From: Latescibacteria bacterium UBA6620
GTDB taxonomy: Bacteria > Latescibacterota > UBA2968
DNA: 64,000 bases
Direction of reading: 5' to 3'
Assembly: GCA_002433075.1 (NCBI GenBank)
Contig: DJHM01000049.1
Location: 12,164 to 76,163, forward strand
Shown: positions 50,029-60,307 of the stretch, piece after piece
Position numbering within the stretch: position 1 is the stretch's first letter
Layout: every line of letters starts with the position of its first letter
Translations under genes and position numbers: made by a program
Notes under the pieces: generated by a model
Database searches by the model: none
What the model was told of the DNA's origin: nothing
The model's input: only the letters and a program-made list of their open reading frames with translations

Positions 50029-51203
50029 TCAGAATTCTTCATCCTCATCTTCGATGAAGACAATTTCGTCGATCTCGTCCTCATCCACGAATTCGATTTC
50101 CTCGTCATCTTCGTACGCCACTTCATCGTCCTCTGCAACTTCGATTACGCCCGACCCGGTTGCAACCGAACTATCCAGGGGTTCCAATTTGGGCTCGGGG
50201 CCACGGACCGAGATCACCTGGACATCTCCCTGCTCCCGGAGGTCGATGTCGACCGCGCCGATGCGCTCCCCCGCCTCGTCGAACAGCAGGCGGATCTTGG
50301 GGCGGTGAAGAATCGTGTCATCCACATCGACAACGACATCCTGGTAACCTTTTCGATCGTCGCTGACGACGTCGACGGACGTTCCGATGGGATAGGGGGC
50401 GACTGTTCTGAGGAAGATCTCGACGACCCGACTGTTGAGATGGGTACCGCCGAGGTCGCGGATGAGCGCGTTGACCCGGTCGGGCGGCCATCCGGAGCGG
50501 TATGGTCGATCGGCGGTCATCGCGTCCTAAATATCTGCGACCGCGGCCACGGCGCCGAATTCGTGGATCGTTTTCTTCTCGCTCTTGCCGAGCGTGTTGT
50601 TCCCGGTCAAACCCCTCGGGTAGCCCGATCCGTCCTGACGTTCGTGATGCCGGAAGGCCACGTGGGGAATCAGGTAGCCGAGGCCAGGCGCGATCGCTTT
50701 GACGAGGTCGAATCCCATCGTCGGATGCGCTTTTATCACTTCATATTCGTTCTCGGTCAGGCGGTCCGGCTTGTTCAGGATGGTCTTTTCTATGAAGATC
50801 TTGCCGATAATGTGTCGACGTCTCCCACCATCTGTTCGAGCCCGCCCTTTCGGTTGGCGGACTTGAACGTGTCCATGAAGCGCTTCGACCGAACGGGCTC
50901 CTGCGCTTTACCGAGGGAGCTCTGCGTGAAGCCCTCGATCGACTTTTCGACGGCGTTGAACGTCTGGGTGAGGTTGCTGATCGCACGTGACCGGGCGGGA
51001 GGCTGGATGACATCGGGGATCGTGATGTCGGATGTGTCTTCGTCCATCACATAGAGCGCCGGCATACCCATCTTCTGAAGGCGGTTGATTTAGGCGCCTT
51101 TGATGGGCGTGCCCCGGCCGAGCAGAAGACGATCGTGTTCGTCCCCGATGTCCTGGCCAGCCTGCATGTCTTCCTGCAGGGTGTCGAGGTTGATCAGTCA
51201 CAT
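50029..51203 (-). pseudogene. HD-GYP c-di-GMP phosphodiesterase pseudogene
   Basis: M*LINLDTL (TGA 51198-200), PIKGA*INRL (TAA 51090-92), internal deletion/frameshift near 50810 removing the HD motif, IGK...LNKPDRLT..E...IKAHP..G, HHERQDGSGYP, VADI*DAMTADRPYR (TAG 50527-29), YPIGTSV. Confidence 0.85.
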
Positions 51204-51265
51204 GGAAGCAAGATAGTGCGGAAAGCGGGGATGCGGAAGAACGGGGGAGGGAGTCCCCGAGGGAT

Positions 51266-51599
51266 TCAGGAGGCTTCCGAAAGAAGTTCGTCGACGGCGT
51301 CGAGGATCTCCTGGCTCTTGAAGGGCTTGGCGAAGGTTTTGTGTGCGCCCAGATCCCGGGCAATCGGGAGGAATTCTTGAGCGTTGCCGGAAATGACGAT
51401 GATCTTGACGTCGGGGAGAATGTTCTTCAGATCAAGGAGGGCTTCGACGCCGTCCTGGTCGGGAATGAGGATGTCGGTGATGATCAGGTCCGGGGGCGGA
51501 ATCTCCCGATACAGCCGGGCCCCCTCCCTTCCGTCGGGGGCCTTCCGAAGTGCAAGACGAATCGTTTCGTCGTCTTCCATTGATGAGGATTCTACCCAA
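51266..51599 (-). pseudogene. Degraded single-domain response regulator
   Basis: GGAGG then TTG MGRILI, frameshift into MEDDETIRLALRK-APDGREG (short segment apparently deleted), DLIITDILIP, ISG, AKPF. Confidence 0.7.
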
Positions 51600-51780
51600 C
51601 TGGCCTCCTGATCGACAGCCCGATGCTCACCGTTTGGACAGGTCTCGGACAGGGGCCCCCGACCCCGCACAGACGAAAATCGAGTATCGCGTGGCACCTT
51701 CCGAGTGTCAAGCGAAAAGGCCCCAGACGGACGCTCCCGGGCTTGCTTTCACGCATCCCGATAATTTGCATAAGACTTTT

Positions 51781-51862
51781 ATAAACAAACAATTAGTTTC
51801 ATTGTAAGTGTTTGGTTATCAGGCACGTTTCGCTTGCCCTTCCGGGCTCGGCTGGATATCAT
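51781..51862 (+). promoter_or_regulatory. Inverted repeat and sigma70-like promoter of the biosynthetic operon
   Basis: ATAAACAAACAATTA-N9-TAAGTGTTTGGTTAT (13/15 inverted match); TTGCCC (51834-39), 17 bp, TATCAT (51857-62). Confidence 0.5.
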
Positions 51863-51945
51863 TGCATCCAACTCTATTTATGCGATTCCGCTCATTCTTC
51901 AACGACCGGCGGGTCACTCTTAATCGTGGTGTTCGGGAATCGACT

Positions 51946-54123
51946 ATGAAGTTTTTCAACGTTGTCTGGCGGAACCTGGGGGTCTGTGGGCTGGGGGTCT
52001 TGCTGTCCGTGGGCTGGGCGCGGGGAGATGACTGGCCTGGATGGCGCGGCCCAAACAGGACGGGCGTTTCTCTCGAACAAAATCTTCCGGAGACCTGGTC
52101 CCTGGAGGGTCAGAACCTCCTGTGGAAAGCGGAGTTCACGGGGCGATCAACGCCGATCGTGATGCAGGGGCGTGTGTTCGTCGTCGGGCGTACCGGGGAG
52201 GGGATCACCGAGCAGGGGCGCGTGGCCTGCTTCGACGCCGCCTCGGGTGACCTTCTGTGGGATCACACGTATAACGTGTTCCACACGACGATCCCGTTCA
52301 ACCGGGTTGGATGGGCGAATCCTGCAGGCGACCCGGAGACGGGCTATGTCTACACGCACGGAGTCGGAGGGCTGTTTTTCTGCTTCGATCGGGATGGGCG
52401 CATCCTCTGGTCGAAATCGCTGACCGAAGAATACGGTCGGATCTCAGGCTATGGAGGACGAACCCATACCCCGCTCATCGTGAATGACCTCGTCGTCCTC
52501 AGCTATCTGAGCACCGGTTGGGGACGCGAGCAGGGCATTCCGCGACACCGGTATTTCGCGTTCGACAAGAGAACGGGCGACCTGATTTGGGTTTCGACCC
52601 CTGGCGGGCCTCCGAAGGATACGACCTACGCGACGCCGGTGCTGACCAGCGTAGATGGACAGCGGGCGCTCATCGTAGGCGATGCGGACGGATCGATTTA
52701 CGCACTGAACGTGAGGACAGGCGACAAGCTGTGGGGCTTCAAGCTCAGTCAGCGGGGCATCAACTCCTCGCCCGTGACGGACGGTCGTTACGTCTACGCT
52801 TCTCACTGCGAGGAGAACGTCGACAACACGTCACTGGGTCGCGTGGTGGCTATCGATCTGTCGGGTGCGGAGGTATGGCGATTCGATAATCATATGGTGG
52901 GCTACACGTCCCCCGTTTTGCATGAGGGGCGGCTCTACGTGATCGACAACTCGGCAAACGTTCACTGCCTTGACGCGTCATCCGGAGTTCGGCTCTGGGA
53001 GCACAACGTCGGGACGGTGGGCAAGGGATCGGCGGCTTACGGCGACGGCAAGCTCTACGTGCCGGAAGTGAACGGGGGATTCACAATCGTCGATGTGTCT
53101 GGCGATCGTCCCGCTACGCTCGATCGGAAACGTATCGAACGTGTGCCGGGCCATTACGCCGAGATCTACGGGTCTCCGGCGATCGCGAACGGTCGGGTCT
53201 ACTTTACGACGGAAGAAGGCCTCTACTGTCTGGGAGCGGAATCCTCGACCTCGATGTCACAGCCTACGGTCTCTCCTCCTCAGGATGACTTTGATGCGTC
53301 GCTTTCTCCCGTCGCGATCCAGATCAGGCCGGCGGAGATCCACGCTTCGCCAGGCGAGCGGGTTTCCTTTTCGGCATCGTATGTGAACGAGAAGGGCCAG
53401 TCGATGTGGGGAGCCAGAGGGACGTGGAGTCTGGCCGGGCTGTCCGGAACTTCGGAGGGCGACGGGAAGGTCACGTTGTCACTCGACGTCAACGGGCAGA
53501 CGGGTTACGCCGTCTTCGATGACGGCGAGCTGACAGCGAGGGCCCGGGTGCGCGTCAGCCCGAAGCTGCCCTACTACGAAGACTTCGAGGCACTCGAGCC
53601 GGGGACGCAGCCCGACTTCCTGGTCGGAGGCTTCCGAAAATTCAGGGCGGTAGACACCGACGACGGTCGCGTGCTGATGAAACCGCCTTCACCGATCAAG
53701 CTGCACCGGTCCAGCGTTTTCTTCGGGGCGCCGACATTGTCCGGCTATACCATCCAGGCGGATGTGAAGGGAACTCGCGACCGGCGGGTTCGTTCCGACG
53801 TGGGGCTGATCAGCCACCGCTACATAATGCACCTGATCGGGAACCACCAGCGACTTCAGATCGTTTCCTGGCTGTCCGATCTCAGGATGGCCAAGACGAT
53901 CGACTTCCCCTGGGACGAGGACACGTGGTACACCATGAAATTGAAAGTCGACCAGGAAGCCGGACGAGCGATTGTTCGCGGCAAGGTCTGGAAGACGGGC
54001 ACGGTCGAGCCTGAAGAGTGGTCCATCGAAGCCGAGGACCCGCTCCCGCTTACGGAGGGCAGCCCGGGTATCTACGGATATTCGCCCACGAATGTCTACT
54101 ACGACAACTTGAAGGTCTGGTAG
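51946..54123 (+). CDS. Exported PQQ-like beta-propeller protein with C-terminal beta-sandwich domains
   Basis: Signal peptide then DWPGWRGPNRTG; repeated STP...GRVF...CFDAASG..LW units; C-terminal YYEDFE...WYTMKLKV...YYDNLKV. Confidence 0.82.
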   Translation: MKFFNVVWRNLGVCGLGVLLSVGWARGDDWPGWRGPNRTGVSLEQNLPETWSLEGQNLLWKAEFTGRSTPIVMQGRVFVVGRTGEGITEQGRVACFDAASGDLLWDHTYNVFHTTIPFNRVGWANPAGDPETGYVYTHGVGGLFFCFDRDGRILWSKSLTEEYGRISGYGGRTHTPLIVNDLVVLSYLSTGWGREQGIPRHRYFAFDKRTGDLIWVSTPGGPPKDTTYATPVLTSVDGQRALIVGDADGSIYALNVRTGDKLWGFKLSQRGINSSPVTDGRYVYASHCEENVDNTSLGRVVAIDLSGAEVWRFDNHMVGYTSPVLHEGRLYVIDNSANVHCLDASSGVRLWEHNVGTVGKGSAAYGDGKLYVPEVNGGFTIVDVSGDRPATLDRKRIERVPGHYAEIYGSPAIANGRVYFTTEEGLYCLGAESSTSMSQPTVSPPQDDFDASLSPVAIQIRPAEIHASPGERVSFSASYVNEKGQSMWGARGTWSLAGLSGTSEGDGKVTLSLDVNGQTGYAVFDDGELTARARVRVSPKLPYYEDFEALEPGTQPDFLVGGFRKFRAVDTDDGRVLMKPPSPIKLHRSSVFFGAPTLSGYTIQADVKGTRDRRVRSDVGLISHRYIMHLIGNHQRLQIVSWLSDLRMAKTIDFPWDEDTWYTMKLKVDQEAGRAIVRGKVWKTGTVEPEEWSIEAEDPLPLTEGSPGIYGYSPTNVYYDNLKVW

Positions 54124-54130
54124 GGGAACT

Positions 54131-55564
54131 ATGTCAATCAGGCAGATGTGGAGACGGTGGCTTGTCGCCGGAGTGGTGCTGGCCTTTTTCGAATACCCCA
54201 GTCAGGCGCAGGAGTCGATGTGGGGCTTCACGCCTGGCCGCAATCTCGCGACGACGGCAACGGGGATTCCCGCGAAGTGGGACCCCGAATCTCCCAAGTG
54301 GGTGGCGGAGCTCGGAGCGCAGACTTACGCCGGGCCGATCGTCCATGGTGGCAAGGTGTTCGTTGGGACGAACAACCAGTCGATGAAGAACCCCAAGCTG
54401 GGGGGTGACCGGGGCGTGATTATGGCCTTCAACGAGGACGACGGGGCCTTCCTCTGGCAGATGACGCACACCAAACTGCCGGCCGGACGGGTGAACGACT
54501 GGCCCCAACAGGGGATCTGCTCGACGCCCTACATCGACGGAGACCGGATATACTACGTGTCCAACCAATGCCAGGTGGTCTGCATCGATACCGAGGGCTT
54601 TCGGGACGGTGAGAACGACGGGCCGTTCATAGACGAAACGGAGACGTCGGAGATCGACGGGGATGTGATCTGGTCCTACGACATGATCGAGGAGCTGACC
54701 GTTTTTCCGCACAACCTCGCGACGAGTTCGCCTATCGGGGTCGGCGATCTTCTTTTTGTGGTGACGAGCAACGGTGTCGACGAGGGCCACGTGGCAATTC
54801 CGGCTCCATTTGCCCCCAGTTTCATCGCGGTGAACAAGAAGACGGGGGAGCTGGCGTGGGAGAACGGTCTCCCGGGCGAGGACATCCTGCACGGTCAGTG
54901 GGGGAGTCCGGCCTACGGCGAAGTGGAAGGGAAGGGGCAGGTTTATATGCCCGGGGGCGATGGCTGGCTCTACGCGCTGGAGGCCAAGACGGGAAAACTG
55001 ATCTGGAAATTCGATTGTAACCCGAAGGATTCGGTTTGGGAACTCGGGCGCAGGGGTACCCGGAACGCGCTGATCGGTACCCCCGTGTTTTATGACAACA
55101 GGGTGTTCATCGCGGTCGGTCAGGATCCGGAGCACGGAGAAGGGGTGGGCCACCTGTGGGCGATCGACGCGACGGGCACGGGCGATGTGACGTCGACCCA
55201 CGCCGTCTGGCATCTGGGTGACGAACATTACAATCGAACGATTTCCACCGTCGCGATCAAAGATGGGATGCTCTACGCGGCGGACCTGAGCGGGTTCGTT
55301 TACGGTGTGGATCTGGAGACGGGAGAGCGTCTGTGGCGATACGACACGTTGGCCGCCATCTGGGGATCGCCCTTCGCGGGTGACGGAAAGGTGCTGATCG
55401 GGGACGAGGATGGAGACGTTGCGGTGCTGAAAGAAGGTCGCGAACTCGAGCTCTTATTCGAGACGAACATGGGTAGCGCAGTCTACACGACGCCGGTCTT
55501 CGCGAACGGGGTCCTCTACCTGGCGACAAGGAACAAGCTGTTCGCCATCGAGGGTGGGGAATGA
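54131..55564 (+). CDS. Exported PQQ-like beta-propeller protein
   Basis: Signal peptide; GICSTP, NKKTGELAW, LEAKTGKLIW, DLETGERLW repeats. Confidence 0.82.
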   Translation: MSIRQMWRRWLVAGVVLAFFEYPSQAQESMWGFTPGRNLATTATGIPAKWDPESPKWVAELGAQTYAGPIVHGGKVFVGTNNQSMKNPKLGGDRGVIMAFNEDDGAFLWQMTHTKLPAGRVNDWPQQGICSTPYIDGDRIYYVSNQCQVVCIDTEGFRDGENDGPFIDETETSEIDGDVIWSYDMIEELTVFPHNLATSSPIGVGDLLFVVTSNGVDEGHVAIPAPFAPSFIAVNKKTGELAWENGLPGEDILHGQWGSPAYGEVEGKGQVYMPGGDGWLYALEAKTGKLIWKFDCNPKDSVWELGRRGTRNALIGTPVFYDNRVFIAVGQDPEHGEGVGHLWAIDATGTGDVTSTHAVWHLGDEHYNRTISTVAIKDGMLYAADLSGFVYGVDLETGERLWRYDTLAAIWGSPFAGDGKVLIGDEDGDVAVLKEGRELELLFETNMGSAVYTTPVFANGVLYLATRNKLFAIEGGE

Positions 55565-56637
55565 GCGATCTCGAGGCCAGGGTGAAGGTTGCCCGGGACA
55601 CGCTCAACGCTCACGTTCGAGAAATGGTCGCGTGGCACTTCGACCCCGCGACGGGGTGCCCTTTCTGGCTCGACTATGCCGACCGGCTGGATTTCGATCC
55701 GCGGGACAAGATCGAACGTTTCGACGATCTCCAGCTGCTGGGCCATTTCGAGGACGAGTGGCTCAGGGGGGGTCCGGTTCGTAGATGGGTGCCCAAAGGA
55801 CTGGCCGATCAGCCCGTGTCGGTGTTCGAAACGGGAGGGTCGACGGGGGTTCCCAAGTACCGGATCAACATCGAAGACTACAAGATCGACTACAAGATGT
55901 TCAGCGATCACCTTCCGGATGAGGGATTCCCGAGGGGGGGCGATTGGCTGATGCTCGGGCCTACCGGTCCCCGACGACTGCGGCTCGCCGTCGAGTATCT
56001 GGCCCAAGTGCGGGGGGGCATCTGCTTTCTCGTCGATCTGGACCCGCGCTGGGTGAACAAGCTGATCAAGGCCGGGAAGATGCAGGAGCTGGAGGCCTAC
56101 AAGAACCACGCGATCGATCAGGCGCTGACCATCCTTCGAGCCAATGACAACGTGAAGTGCATTTTCACGACGCCCAAGCTGCTCGAAGCGCTGTGCGAGA
56201 AGGTTTCGCTCCAGAAGATGGGAATCAAGGGCATCTTCTGCGGTGGAACGGAGATGGATGCGCAGTTCAACCGATTCGCGCGCGAGGAGCTGATCGAGGG
56301 CATCGAGTTCGTGCCGACGTATGGCAACACGCTGATGGGGCTGGCCCATTCGAAGCCTTTCGACCCGAAAGACAACTACGCGATCACCTACTACCCACCC
56401 AATCCGCGGGCCGTGATCGAGCTGGTCGACCCGGACGATCCCTCACAGGTCGTCGACTACGGTCAAACCGGGCGAATTGCCTTGACGACGCTAACGCGAG
56501 AGTTTTTCATCCCGCGATTCCTCGAAAGGGACGAAGCCGAACGCGCGCGACCGATCGAGGCGTACCCGTGGGACGGAGTGGAAAATCTCCGGCTGTTCAG
56601 CGCGCTCCAGGAATCCGTCGTCGTGGGCGTCTACTAA
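55561..56637 (+). CDS. Short ANL adenylating enzyme (EhpF/LuxE-like)
   Basis: P-loop VFETGGSTGVPK, GGTEM, PTYGNTLMG, G.TGRIALTTLT, FLERD; 358 aa, apparently without the C-terminal ANL subdomain. Confidence 0.7.
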   Translation: MSDLEARVKVARDTLNAHVREMVAWHFDPATGCPFWLDYADRLDFDPRDKIERFDDLQLLGHFEDEWLRGGPVRRWVPKGLADQPVSVFETGGSTGVPKYRINIEDYKIDYKMFSDHLPDEGFPRGGDWLMLGPTGPRRLRLAVEYLAQVRGGICFLVDLDPRWVNKLIKAGKMQELEAYKNHAIDQALTILRANDNVKCIFTTPKLLEALCEKVSLQKMGIKGIFCGGTEMDAQFNRFAREELIEGIEFVPTYGNTLMGLAHSKPFDPKDNYAITYYPPNPRAVIELVDPDDPSQVVDYGQTGRIALTTLTREFFIPRFLERDEAERARPIEAYPWDGVENLRLFSALQESVVVGVY

Positions 56638-56647
56638 GAGGAGCAGG

Positions 56648-58075
56648 ATGATGGCAGCTCCCATACACCTTCCCGTACTTCGCGCAGGGACCCCCTACGA
56701 AAGCCTGAACAAGACAGCGGTCTCCCATATCCAGACGGGCGAACCGCTGGTCGACGTCAGTCAGGCGAACCGAGGGCTGGCGGGTCGCGACCTGAGCCGG
56801 ATGGAGTCGCACCGCCAGGTGCTCGCGGAGGTCCCGGTTGCGGACTTGATCGCAATGTCGAAATCGGCGGCCGAGTCTTTCGTGAACGACACGCTGCCTG
56901 TTGGGGAAGGTGAACAGTCGCTGGACGATTACGTGGCCTCCCTGTCGGGTACGACGGGGATGCCCCAAGCCCTCGTCCGCCGGAACGTGGACAAGATTTA
57001 CAAGGCACTCTCGGAGGTGGATTTGATCCTGGACGGGCTGACTCGAGGCCTTGACCTGACGGTGTTGGACGAGGGCTGGACCGTGCAGGGCGGTCGTCCG
57101 TTGAGCTACATCTGCCAGACGAACGCACTGGGGCAGATCCTTCCGAGTAATTCGCCAGGCGTCCATTCGCTGTGGGTTCCTTCGGTTCCATTGAAAGTGC
57201 CGCTGGTCCTGAAACCGGGACGGGAAGAGCCGTGGACGCCCTACCGAATCGCGCAGGCGTTCTTCAAGGCCGGTTGCCCCAAAGAGGCGTTCAGCTTTTA
57301 TCCGACCGACTACGGTGGCGCGGCCGAGATCCTGCTTCGCTGCGATCGGTCGATGTTGTTCGGTGGAGGGGCGACAGTTGCGCCCTGGCGTGACGACCCC
57401 CGTGTCCAGATTCACGGTCCGGGCCAGAGCAAGGTTTTGATCGGGCCTGATACCATCGATCGTTGGGAAGACTACGTCGACGTGATCGCGGACTCGATCG
57501 CCATCAATGGAGGACGCTCCTGTATCAACGCGTCCAGCGTCTGGGTTTCGGAAAAAGGAGATGAGGTCGCGGCCGCTCTGGCGGAGCGTTTGGCGGCATT
57601 GGTGCCACGCAAGCTGGACGATCCTGAAGCGGGCCTGGCAGCGTTCGGCAATCCGGCGTTCGCGGAGGCGATCTCGGGAACGGTTGACGCACACCTTCGG
57701 CAGGAAGGGGCCAGAGAAGTGTCGGCCGACTATCGGGGGGAGCGTCTTCAGAAGCTGGATGGATTGACCTTCCTCGTGCCGTCCATCGTTCGGTCCGAGC
57801 CCGACCATCCCCTGGCCGATACGGAATTTCTGTTTCCCTTTGCGAGCGTGGTCGAGGTACCCTCTTCCGATCTTCTCGATGCGATCGGCCCCTCTCTGGC
57901 GGTGTCGGCCATCACCGAAGATGAAGCCCTGATTGACGGGTTGCTGCGGAGTCCGAAAGTCGAGCGTCTCAACATCGGCCCGCTGGGTACCCACGTCGTG
58001 TCCTGGGACCAGCCGCACGAGGGAAACCTGTTCGACCACCTCTACGTGCAGCGAGCCCTTCAGCGCGCATCCTGA
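56648..58075 (+). CDS. ALDH-fold protein (EhpG/LuxC-like acyl reductase)
   Basis: LPSNSPG, LKPGREEP, LFGG, HGPGQSK, catalytic GRSCINAS, EFLFPF. Confidence 0.75.
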   Translation: MMAAPIHLPVLRAGTPYESLNKTAVSHIQTGEPLVDVSQANRGLAGRDLSRMESHRQVLAEVPVADLIAMSKSAAESFVNDTLPVGEGEQSLDDYVASLSGTTGMPQALVRRNVDKIYKALSEVDLILDGLTRGLDLTVLDEGWTVQGGRPLSYICQTNALGQILPSNSPGVHSLWVPSVPLKVPLVLKPGREEPWTPYRIAQAFFKAGCPKEAFSFYPTDYGGAAEILLRCDRSMLFGGGATVAPWRDDPRVQIHGPGQSKVLIGPDTIDRWEDYVDVIADSIAINGGRSCINASSVWVSEKGDEVAAALAERLAALVPRKLDDPEAGLAAFGNPAFAEAISGTVDAHLRQEGAREVSADYRGERLQKLDGLTFLVPSIVRSEPDHPLADTEFLFPFASVVEVPSSDLLDAIGPSLAVSAITEDEALIDGLLRSPKVERLNIGPLGTHVVSWDQPHEGNLFDHLYVQRALQRAS

Positions 58076-58092
58076 CGCTGGGCGACAGAGCC

Positions 58093-59202
58093 TTGCTCCC
58101 CTTCCATTACGATACTTCCATTTCCATTCGCTTCGGGCCTGGCGTGTCTCGAGATATCGGGGACGTGATCGATGCGATGGCGTGTCGTCGAATCCTGGTG
58201 GTAACCGACCCGAACGTCCGCCGTATCGAACCTGTGGCCAGGGTCTTCGAGACGCTGGCCGTAGATCGGGAGACGGAGTTCTTCGACGCCGTGCATCCCA
58301 ATCCCACGGCTCGGCTGATCGAGCAGGGTGCGGAAGTCGCACGTGTGTTCGACCCCGACGTGATCGTCGGCGTGGGTGGAGGAAGTGCCCTGGACTGTGC
58401 CAAGGGGATCAACTTCCTCCTGACGAACGGAGGCCGCATCGAGGACTACCAGGGGTTTGGGAAAGCAAGTGCACCAATGTTGCTGGCTGTCGGGATCCCG
58501 ACCACTGCGGGAACGGGAAGCGAGGCCCAGTCCTACGCGCTGATCTCGAAGTCGGATACGCACGAAAAGATGGCGTGCGGCGACAGAAAGGCCCGGTTCG
58601 AGCTCGTGCTGCTGGATCCTGAACTGATTGCCACGACGCCGTCGGAGGTTCGGGCCTCGACCGGACTGGACGCCATCGCTCACGCGCTCGAGAGCTACGT
58701 AACCCGGACAAGGAATCGCATCTCCCGGATGCTCTCGCGCGAGGCTTGGCATCTTCTGAATGGCGCGTTCGAGCGCTACCACGCCGACCCGTCAGATGTC
58801 GGGGCTGCCGGCGAGATGCTCGTGGGGGCTCACCTTGCGGGGGCGGCGATTGAAGCATCGATGCTGGGGGCCGCGCACGCCTGTGCGAATCCGCTGACGG
58901 CGCGCTTCGACATTGCCCACGGGGCTGCCGTGGCGCTGATGTTGCCCCACGTAATGGCGCACAATGCCAGGAACGATCCCTCGCTTTACGAAGGGCTCCG
59001 CGTTCCGGCGGATGCGATCGAGGAGAGAGTGGTCGCTCTCAGGTCACTGGCAGGATTGCCGGAACGACTGGAGGCGTGCGGCGTCGGCCAGAAGGACCTG
59101 TCGGTCCTCGCGAACGAGGCACACGCCCAGTGGACGGGCGCCCATAATCCTTTCGTCCTGAGCGTCGAAGAATACGAGACTCTCTATGCGGTTGCCCTTT
59201 AA
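58093..59202 (+). CDS. Iron-containing alcohol dehydrogenase
   Basis: VGGGSALDCAK, IPTTAGTGSE, GLDAIAHALE, LGAAHA, IAHG. Confidence 0.92.
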   Translation: MLPFHYDTSISIRFGPGVSRDIGDVIDAMACRRILVVTDPNVRRIEPVARVFETLAVDRETEFFDAVHPNPTARLIEQGAEVARVFDPDVIVGVGGGSALDCAKGINFLLTNGGRIEDYQGFGKASAPMLLAVGIPTTAGTGSEAQSYALISKSDTHEKMACGDRKARFELVLLDPELIATTPSEVRASTGLDAIAHALESYVTRTRNRISRMLSREAWHLLNGAFERYHADPSDVGAAGEMLVGAHLAGAAIEASMLGAAHACANPLTARFDIAHGAAVALMLPHVMAHNARNDPSLYEGLRVPADAIEERVVALRSLAGLPERLEACGVGQKDLSVLANEAHAQWTGAHNPFVLSVEEYETLYAVAL

Positions 59203-60307
59203 GACGCTCGCGGGGGTCCTCATCTACGCGCTGTCGTGGGGGCAGCACGCAAGCGCCGACTGGCCCAGCTTTCGGGGAAACTCGAGTGGGACGGGGGTGG
59301 CCACATCGCCGCTTCCAGATTCGGTCGATGTGGTATGGACCTATGAGCTGGAGGAACCGATCGAATCGACGGCGGCGGTCGTCGGAGGTCGGGTGTATTT
59401 CGGGGGGCTGGACGGGGTTCTCTATGCACTCGACGCGGACTCGGGAAGCCCGATCTGGACCTACAGCGCCGAAGGCGAAGTGAAGTCCTCGCCCTCCCTG
59501 GTCGACGGTGTAATCTATGCGGGGGACGAGTCGGGTGCTTTCCACGCCGTGGATGCCAGGACGGGCGAGAGCCGGTGGGTGACTCATCTGGAGGGGGGCA
59601 TTACCTCCTCGGCACGGGTGTTGGGCGATCGCGTGATTTTTGGATCGTACGACAATCATCTATACGGTCTCGATCTTGAGACGGGCAAAGTGGCGTGGAA
59701 GGTCGAGACCGAAGGGTACGTGCACGCCACGCCGATCGTTTACGCCGAACGCTGCTACGTGGCGGGGTGCGATGGCTTCTTGCGGGGCATCGTATCAGCC
59801 GACGGTCGCGTCGATCAATCGATCGATGTGGGCGACTACGTGGGATCGAGCCCCGCCCTGCGAGACGAGGTCGCCTTCTTCGGTACGTTCGGAAACCGTG
59901 TGATGGCGGTCGATCTGGCCAGAGGCGAAATCGTATGGAAGTACGAGCACCCGGAGCGCCACTTCCCGTTCTACGGGTCCCCTGCAGTGACCGCTGAGCT
60001 CGTTTACATCGGGGGGCGCGATCGGATGGTTCACGCGCTCGATCCGGGAACGGGGGAGGCACGCTGGATCTACAACACCGGCGCCAGAATCGACGCGTCC
60101 CCCGTCGTGGTCGGGGACCGCCTCATCGTGGCCACGCAGCGTGGAGAGATCCTCTTTCTGGATCGTCTGAAGGGTGACGTTCTGTGGACGTTCGAAGGGG
60201 GCGGGTCCTTCACGGCCTCGCCCGCCGTTTCGGGTGGCCGACTCTACATTGGCAGCGACGACGGTGTGTTCTACTGTTTCGGAAAGACGGAGGACCTGGA
60301 TGAGTAG
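59186..60307 (+). CDS. Exported PQQ-like (BamB-type) beta-propeller protein
   Basis: Signal peptide ASA-DWPSFRG; eight SP.V..G.VY.G..DG..YALD..G...W-type repeats. Confidence 0.85.
   Translation: MRLPFKTLAGVLIYALSWGQHASADWPSFRGNSSGTGVATSPLPDSVDVVWTYELEEPIESTAAVVGGRVYFGGLDGVLYALDADSGSPIWTYSAEGEVKSSPSLVDGVIYAGDESGAFHAVDARTGESRWVTHLEGGITSSARVLGDRVIFGSYDNHLYGLDLETGKVAWKVETEGYVHATPIVYAERCYVAGCDGFLRGIVSADGRVDQSIDVGDYVGSSPALRDEVAFFGTFGNRVMAVDLARGEIVWKYEHPERHFPFYGSPAVTAELVYIGGRDRMVHALDPGTGEARWIYNTGARIDASPVVVGDRLIVATQRGEILFLDRLKGDVLWTFEGGGSFTASPAVSGGRLYIGSDDGVFYCFGKTEDLDE

Noticed and set aside
25120-51092. Three in-frame stops at expected Tyr positions (25120 TAA, 50527 TAG, 51090 TAA) suggesting stop-to-Tyr recoding
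   Set aside because: Many intact genes here end at TAA or TAG at the expected family C-terminus, Tyr codons are one substitution from these stops, and two of the three lie in a gene with other lesions.
55561-58075. Bioluminescence (lux) or phenazine cluster
   Set aside because: No luxAB/luxD or phz core genes in the window.
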